Below, in pieces: positions 57,173 through 64,000 of a DNA stretch of 64,000 nucleotides (within the stretch, counting starts at the first letter, position 1; each line of letters begins with the position of its first letter). This DNA comes from Eukaryota sp. TZLM1-RC. Its lineage: Eukaryota > Protista > Metamonada: BaSk clade. The translations under genes and the position numbers were made by a program. The stretch covers positions 992,001 through 1,056,000 of the forward strand of contig JAUPSS010000001.1 of assembly GCA_040285825.1 (NCBI GenBank), read 5' to 3'. The notes under the pieces are model-generated. The model was not told where the DNA came from and ran no database searches. It saw nothing but the letters and a program-made list of their open reading frames with translations.

Positions 57173-58633
57173 TTAACTTTTAACTCTAGGCACAGGAAAA
57201 ATTTTAATACCATCAAGGCAACTTAAAATCACTGCAAATTTGTGCAATACAGCTGCAATATTGTGAGATACTTCTTGACCTTGAGTAACCATGGAATCTA
57301 TGGCACCACAATATAAATTGTAGTCTTCGTTGTTCAATTTTTTCAAAAAACCCATGACATCAATAACTAAAACAATCCAATGATTTCCCATTCCTCCAGA
57401 TTTTATGTCCATTGATGAGACAGTCTTACCAAAAACATCATTGATTGGAATAATGACAAAGCGACAATTGTGATTGTTAAGGATGGGTGTTATAATGTAA
57501 TTACGCATGGTCCGAACCATTGACTCATGCTCATCAAGGAGAGCACTCTGAACCACATTCACATTCAAAATTGAAACATGATTGGATTGGATCATCCACT
57601 TGGCTGAAAAATAATTTATTACCTCATCTACAACAAATTCCATTGGTTCTAATGATTTAATGGAGGAAAGATCGATCGAGGGACCTGGATTTGCTTCTAC
57701 GTCACCATGCGTTGTGAGGTCAGGAACCCAGTCTGAAGATAATTCGCAAATAGTGGAAGAACCAATAGTAGAAGCATCAGTAACTATCATTGGATCATTA
57801 TTGCTAGAAACAACAGTTTTAAAATGAATAGTGAAATTAGTAGCAACAAAAAATTGAGACTGGCAATCAACAACAACTACTTCATCAGAATAATAATTGA
57901 AAAATACAAAGCAGCATAAATAATAAAGAATGGATAACAAATAGACTATACAGATACATATAGACAAATCTTTCTTCACCGTAATCAACAACAAACAGTC
58001 AAAAACTGAATGATTAATGATTAGGCAGTCGTTTATGTATCTATAAACAAAGACTCTGGATAAAGAGAATTGCTCTCGATATTGCATAGAGACTTGATAT
58101 TTTGGTTTTTGGGTCTGATTATGGTTATTAGTACCCCTACTAATAACCATAATCAGACACCCCAAATTTCCCACACAATAATAAACATTTGAACCCTCGA
58201 CTTTAAAATCACTTTTTAGGTCAAAAACCTTGCCTTCAAGATTCTTAAATTCAACATTAGTTAGTTTGAGGTCAGAATTAGTTAATTCAAAGTTACCATC
58301 GTTAGCAGTAGAATGACGAACAAGAACAGTTTCTAAATCAATAATAGAATCAGTAGTAACAATAGATTGAGATTGAAAACCAACAACAACTACATCATCA
58401 AAATCAACAATAGACTTAACAAGGGTAATAAGAGGTTCATCATTAGCACATCCACTAATGACTTTTCCATCAGAATCAACTGGACCTAAAGTTTTGACAT
58501 TGGTGAAATCCAAGGTTGAGTCATCAGCATTGATGAATGAACCTGAATAAGAAGAAAAATTGATGAGAACCAAATTAGTTAAAGTAGATGGTTGAAAGTG
58601 AACCATGGATGGTTTTTCCATGGTGTGAGCCAA
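57173..58633 (-). CDS. Polyprotein 5' segment: leader - 2A - Ulp1/SENP (C48)-like protease N-terminal part
   Basis: WVPDLTTHGDVEANPGP, then SLEPMEFVVDEVINYF..FVIIPIND..GGMGNHWIVLVID..AIDS. The frame stops at the retroelement boundary. The true start codon is uncertain. Confidence 0.8.
   Translation of the reverse strand: MAHTMEKPSMVHFQPSTLTNLVLINFSSYSGSFINADDSTLDFTNVKTLGPVDSDGKVISGCANDEPLITLVKSIVDFDDVVVVGFQSQSIVTTDSIIDLETVLVRHSTANDGNFELTNSDLKLTNVEFKNLEGKVFDLKSDFKVEGSNVYYCVGNLGCLIMVISRGTNNHNQTQKPKYQVSMQYREQFSLSRVFVYRYINDCLIINHSVFDCLLLITVKKDLSICICIVYLLSILYYLCCFVFFNYYSDEVVVVDCQSQFFVATNFTIHFKTVVSSNNDPMIVTDASTIGSSTICELSSDWVPDLTTHGDVEANPGPSIDLSSIKSLEPMEFVVDEVINYFSAKWMIQSNHVSILNVNVVQSALLDEHESMVRTMRNYIITPILNNHNCRFVIIPINDVFGKTVSSMDIKSGGMGNHWIVLVIDVMGFLKKLNNEDYNLYCGAIDSMVTQGQEVSHNIAAVLHKFAVILSCLDGIKIFPVPRVKS
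57680..57706 (-). other. 2A/StopGo ribosomal skipping motif 1 (GDVEANPG/P)
   Basis: D(V/I)ExNPGP consensus with W-x-x-DLT upstream context. Confidence 0.9.
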
Positions 58634-58762
58634 CTACTGTTGTTGTTGAACTCAAATTGAATTAGTAGGTTTCTTTGTATTTCGACTGATGACGTGATAC
58701 TCATTTATGAATCAGTTTTATTAATTAACAACAGATTTCTCTCTCTCCTTCGTGTGTTCATC

Positions 58763-60435
58763 TGCCTAACGGCATACTACGACTCGATTTTACTACTTAG
58801 TAAAAATAAACCAATTTCTACGGTAAACAGGTCTTCCCCCCACAACCAGTACTCAGATACATTCAAAATATTCAAACAAGCCAGCTTGCATATTCCAATA
58901 CTTTTCCTTGATTGCTTCTCTAATTTTCAGGTGTTTACATCGTGCTTTCGCATCATTGATATAATGATCACTTCTACATTTCAACAACCCATGTTGAGAC
59001 TTGAAAAATGTTTTTTCAGAGCTGTTAGGTATTGGATTGTTTGTTTTAATCGTCGCTCCAAACATTTTTTCAAGAAGGACAATTTGAATAAGTATGGCTT
59101 TCGTCTATTAGAACAGTTGGAAACCTCGTCTACCAAAACAACTTATCCATCTATGGGAAAGTGTGAGGGGCATGTGTTTGAGATTACTGATTGGTTTTCC
59201 ACCCAAGTCCCCAATACACTATACTTATTTCTTTTTTTACCACCGTATGTTGTTGATAAATTGTTTACACTGTTTTTTTCATTTTTTTGCCTATGGATAT
59301 AACTTTTTTTTAATAGGATAAATTTATTTTCAACGCAAACAAAACATTAAACAAAAAACTAGAACTCAATATCCTCAATACACGCATCAACATCATCAAA
59401 TCTTTTAAGCGCGCGATTTTCATACTCTATTCCTAATTGTAACAGTGCTTTGGTCAACATTTCTGGAATTGCTTTAAGAATACTGAAAACAATTCTATTG
59501 TGCCAGAAATTGAAGTTCAATTCTTTTCCTGCTCTTTCTTTTATTAAACTTCTGAAACCTTCAAGAAATTTAATGCCAGATATTCCAATGTTACCAAAAA
59601 GAGAAACAGCAAATGGAACCAACTGATACTTAACATGCTCAACACGTCCTAGCTGAGATAAGGGTTCATTGTACTTTTTGATTTTGCTCTTTTCAGCAAA
59701 GCAAAGTGGAGTTTCATCTCTTTTAGCAAAGTCAATTGCTGAGTCTTTACAAACATCAACAGTGACAACATCAACAACTTTAATAACACCATCAGAAGGC
59801 AGGAGTAATTAAATCAGCACGGCGTTTCCCAAAAGTATTTTCATTTTCATTTTCAGATGACAACCTTGGCACAAGTAGTTCGACAAAAGCTTCAATGTGA
59901 TGGCTTTTGCACATAGCGTATAGTTGGTCTCTAACAGCATCGTGAACAACTGAGCGATATGTAATATTAAATTTGCAATTAAATAAATGATTCAGATTAA
60001 TGAGCTGACCACAACGACAAATCAAATCATTTGGCACACTACATGGCCACAGGAAACACTTCATCCTGAAGGCAGTTGTCCATTGATGATCATTTAATAA
60101 TAGACCATATACATTTGGAATCTGGGAAATAAGACAACTTGAGCTACTATCCTTGAGGTCAATTAAAAAGTTTGCAAAAACGGGATTCTTTTCTTTAGCC
60201 AAGCCAAGACGAACAGTGAAATCCAAGTTTTCAAAAACTTTTAATATCTTTTTCTGCAATTTAGCATATGCAAATTTCAAGGATATAACTTGAAATATTT
60301 TGTATCCTCCATGAACTCTCTCAATTCGGAATTATTAACAGTTTTTGAATCGTGTGCACGCAAAAATGAATTCCAATCCTCAGTGGTCATTAACTGATCT
60401 TCTCTATCACCATTATTTTGTCAAACACAAAATGA
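58763..60435 (-). pseudogene. Degenerate Fanzor 3' fragment (copy B), split by a retroelement
   Basis: 58763-59305 and 60281-60435 align at DNA level to copy A 52549-53300 (HGLLKCRS..INDAKARCK..KYWN), with frameshifts. Confidence 0.9.
59306..60280 (-). mobile_element. 5'-truncated RLE retrotransposon with poly(A) and 11-bp TSD, inserted in Fanzor copy B
   Basis: GGATATAACTT at 59295-59305 and 60281-60291; T8 run at the left end; CRC..HLFNC, HDAVRD, RRADL, VPFAVSLFG, EDIEF*. Confidence 0.95.
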
Positions 60436-61289
60436 AGTTTTGTGAATTGAAAATCATGGTGATTGAGTGGTGGGTTAGGATATTGATGAAAGGAGTCTTT
60501 TGCAAAATCTGAGATTTAACTTAACTTCGCTTATACATTGATCAATAATCTATCAACACTATATTTATACATAAGAGCTTAAAACACTTCTCAAATACCC
60601 TTTGATTTTGTTGATCGATCTAAATCAGATGGCTGCTTCAGTTGGCCAACACACTTATTTTAGCAAAAGTTAGCATTTAGATTATACCTAATGAGCCCAC
60701 CACTCAGCTTAAGCCGGTTACATTGAATCCAGCTAACAACCATACTGTTTTCTCACCGATGTCATTTATTGCAACTGTATCCACATCCTCAATGTAATAA
60801 TGCTATGAACTCCTACAAAAAAAGGTTTCAATAACTCAATACAAAAACTAAGTCAATTTCTCCAATGAAATAATCAATGATCCAAAGCAGAACTGCAAGT
60901 AGTTGTTGGAATTGTATCTTTGCAAAGAAAACTTACTCTTTATTACAATTGACCATTTCTTACATGTGAAGAGGTCAAAATTATAACGTATCTTCAAAAA
61001 ACATCAATTTGAGATCAAACTCATAAAACCAATACCTTTTGTGTCCTTTCGCATTTTGTCTATTTGGTGCCTTAGTGAGAATAGCATCATTTTTTCTGGT
61101 TGATGTTTCATAAAATCACAAAGGGTTGTTTCGATAAAAGAAACCTACTAATGGAAAAATGGAAAAATTTGATTTTGAATTCTTGACAATCTTTATTAAT
61201 GTCTTTCAATAACGTCTTAATTCCTGATAACTAGGGCAAAGGCACCTGTTTTAAGTAATACACCAACTACCTCAACTCATTCTGAATTG

Positions 61290-61650
61290 ACCGAGTTTAA
61301 ACAATTGTGTAGCCATTTATGGACATGCGAGTACCATTAAGATTCTAAAGCAAAATCTGCTGCTGGATTAATCCATCAGTTTCAATGGGCACACATTTGC
61401 CATTTTGCTGACTTGTGTAAGAACAAGAGTGATTCACAACACTGTGCATCTTTTTGCCATATCAAACGTGAAGAATGTTCCAATAGAGAGAAATGTGTCA
61501 ACAGTGCTGATCCTAAACATCGCTTTGAATATGCTCATGCTAGAATACCACTGATTCCTTTTAAATGTAAGTATTGGTCTAATTGTAAAAGTAGAAAGAA
61601 CTTAGTTCATTGTAGAAGTTACGGTCATTGGAACGTCAACGATGATCCTA
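61290..61650 (+). pseudogene. Tandem CCHH (PBZ-like) zinc-finger gene fragment
   Basis: Repeated C-x5-C-x6/7-H-x5-H units: CHFADLCKNKSDSQHCASFCH, CSNREKCVNSADPKHRFEYAH, CKYWSNCKSRKNLVHCRSYGH. An in-frame TAA lies upstream, and the downstream part runs into a retroelement. Confidence 0.55.
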
Positions 61651-61919
61651 TTGGTGTGCCGATGCCAAAGTTATGCGGAACAAGAGCTCATGATGTTGAT
61701 GATGTTGAGAGGCACAAGATTATTTCTATTGATCAATTATTTCCAATTTTCAACCGAAAAAAGGCCAAAATATTGTACTTTCTCAAATATTTCTCCAGTG
61801 CCCAAAACGCTCAACATAACACAGGCTAAATCTATGAGTGCAACTGAGACAAAGCCACAAAATAATCAAAGAACAAAAATTGGATCATCACACATTAAAA
61901 CTTCACAACCAACAAGAAA

Positions 61920-63780
61920 TGCGTCTTTTGTTTTTAATAGAATTGGGAAAAAAGCCAAAGAATTTTTCGGTCCTTTGCAATTTGGAATCAAGACAATTGA
62001 TGGTGCTTCATCTGCTGCTCTTTCGTCTGATGTGTTTTTTTAATTCTAGTGATTCAAATTACATCTTCAATTTAGATTTTAAGAATGCTTTGGATGATAT
62101 TTCTGTAATTGCTCCTATTAAAATTCTCAAACAAATAGCAACTTTTATTCAAAAGCGTTATGAAGATATTGGTCTCTCATTGAATATCTCCAAATGTTTG
62201 ATTATTGGCCATGAACCAATTGATTTTTTCATTAATGGTGTCAATGTCCCCTTTATCAATTATGATCAGTCTGATTTTCGATTTTTGAATTTGTTATCTC
62301 AAGAATATTGAAGAAGTCAAAAGTCAACTTTCGACACTGTTGACTCAATTTGGAAATGAATTAGAATCAATAGAAAATTTAAATATTGAGAAACATTTGA
62401 AATTTTTTTTTCTAAAAATTTGATATTTTGGAAAATTTACTCATCTTTTGAGACCAACATCACCATCAATTTCTTTGGAGTTTTGTCGCATTTTCAATGA
62501 ACAAAACACCAATTTTTTAGCTAAATTATTGGAAATTGATGCATCTCAGTTACAAAACCACATTTTTTGTGGTACAAATTTTGGTGGTGTTGATTTTCAT
62601 AAATCAAGCTACCTTTGTAAAGCTGCCTTTATTGGAGGTGGAAAGAATTTTATTTATGAATTTGTGAATCGTTTTCCTGAAAAAATTCATCTCATTGAAA
62701 ATTGTGGCAGCTCTTAGCTTATTTCATTGCAACAAGAAATTGAAACTCTTTCACCCAATATTTGGACTAAATGTTTCCCCTCTGATATTGTGGAACTTCC
62801 TTCAAGAAGCTTGCTCTCCTTACCACTGACTTTTGCAAAATTGCAGAAAAAAAATCTTGAAAGTTTTAGAAAACGTGGATTATATTGTACGTCTTAGCTT
62901 GGCTAAAGAAAAAAAATCCCGTTTTTGCAAACTTCATGATTGATCTTGAAGACAGTTGCTCAAGTTGTCTAATCTACCAAATTCCCAAAATTTATGGTCT
63001 TCGACTTAATGATCACCAATGGACCACTGCAATGAGAATGAGATGTTTTCTATGGCCTTGTTCTTTACCAAATGATTTAATTGGTCGCTGCAAGAGCGTT
63101 GTTACGCCTTCCCATATTTTAAACTGTAAGTATTTCATAACTTATCGCTCAATTGTTCATGACTCAGTTCGTGATCAATTATATGCCACGTGCAAAAGTT
63201 TCAATATAGAGGCATTTATTGAGACATCAGTACGTACGCTGTCTTCAGATCAAAATGATGATTCCTTTGGTAAAAGAAGGGCAGATTCAGTGGCTCCAGG
63301 GATCGATGGTGTTCTCAATGTTGTAGATGTTGTCTCAGTTGCTGTTTGCAAAAATTCTGCTGCTCGTTTAGTGTATTTCGCTGATTCGCCGTTATCTAAC
63401 GCCCAACAAAAAGACGATAAAAAATATGAAGAACCTTTGGCACAGTTAGGTAGAGTGGAACATGTGAAATATCAGTTTGTGCCGTTTTCAATTTCTCTTT
63501 CTGGCAATATTGGACATTCAGGGTTGCACTTTTTTGAAAATTTCAAAAAAGTGTTACTGAATAGGTCTGGTAAAACAATGAATTCCACTTTCTGGTTAAA
63601 TAGAATGGTTTTTTGCATTTTCAAGTCTATTCCAATAATGATTTCAAAGGCACTTTTAGCTATTGGTGTAGAATATGAACGTAATGCTGTGAGTAGGTTT
63701 AGTAATAGTGACGCTTGTTTGGAGGATATTGATTTCTAGATGGGTTTTTTATCTCAACAAATATTCCAGTTAAAAAAAGG
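61920..63780 (+). mobile_element. Internally deleted CRE-like RT-RLE retrotransposon, same subfamily as the 12-18 kb array
   Basis: High identity to the array unit. DFKNA is fused directly to DDISV, so the QGDPLGP core is deleted. The endonuclease C-terminus is complete (..VVDVVSV..KKY..VPFSISL..EDIDF*). Confidence 0.93.
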
Positions 63781-64000
63781 TACCTATATTTATTGCTCAG
63801 TTAAAAATGTTATTGATCAATTACTCAATTTTTTTCAACTCTGTGAAATAGAACCCAAAATGAATAACTGATAAACCTACATTGCGTTGTTTAAAAAATT
63901 GAGTTTCTCTAAATTAAAACATTCCAAAAACAGAAAATTTGAATCATTACTAAAGTCACCAATAACGCACTTTTCTGTTACGAATAAAAGACATGAATTA

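Overview
AT-rich genomic window from a unicellular eukaryote with compact genes and very short (about 28-38 nt) GT-AG introns. Host genes: Trk/HKT-type cation transporter, RIO1, PUS10, ER Hsp70 (BiP), NOG2, a divergent SMC ATPase, MRT4, an S10 serine carboxypeptidase, two kinase-coiled-coil-LRR proteins, an RCC1-repeat protein and two identical tRNA-Ile(UAU) genes. Roughly a fifth of the window consists of decayed CRE-like non-LTR retrotransposons (RT + zinc finger + restriction-like endonuclease, RLE), including a ~1.83 kb tandem array, plus two hAT-like non-autonomous elements. The standout is a Fanzor (eukaryotic TnpB) element family found at four loci. The most complete copy (52.5-58.6 kb, minus strand) reads as one polyprotein once a retroelement insertion and a 1-nt homopolymer frameshift are discounted: leader - 2A(StopGo) - Ulp1/SENP-like cysteine protease - 2A - PolB-type DEDDy 3'-5' exonuclease fused to Fanzor. 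The RuvC-III Asp is Asn in all three copies where it can be read, and a conserved, covarying hairpin motif (candidate omegaRNA) lies just downstream of the stop. All domain calls come from motif recognition by eye; no searches were run.
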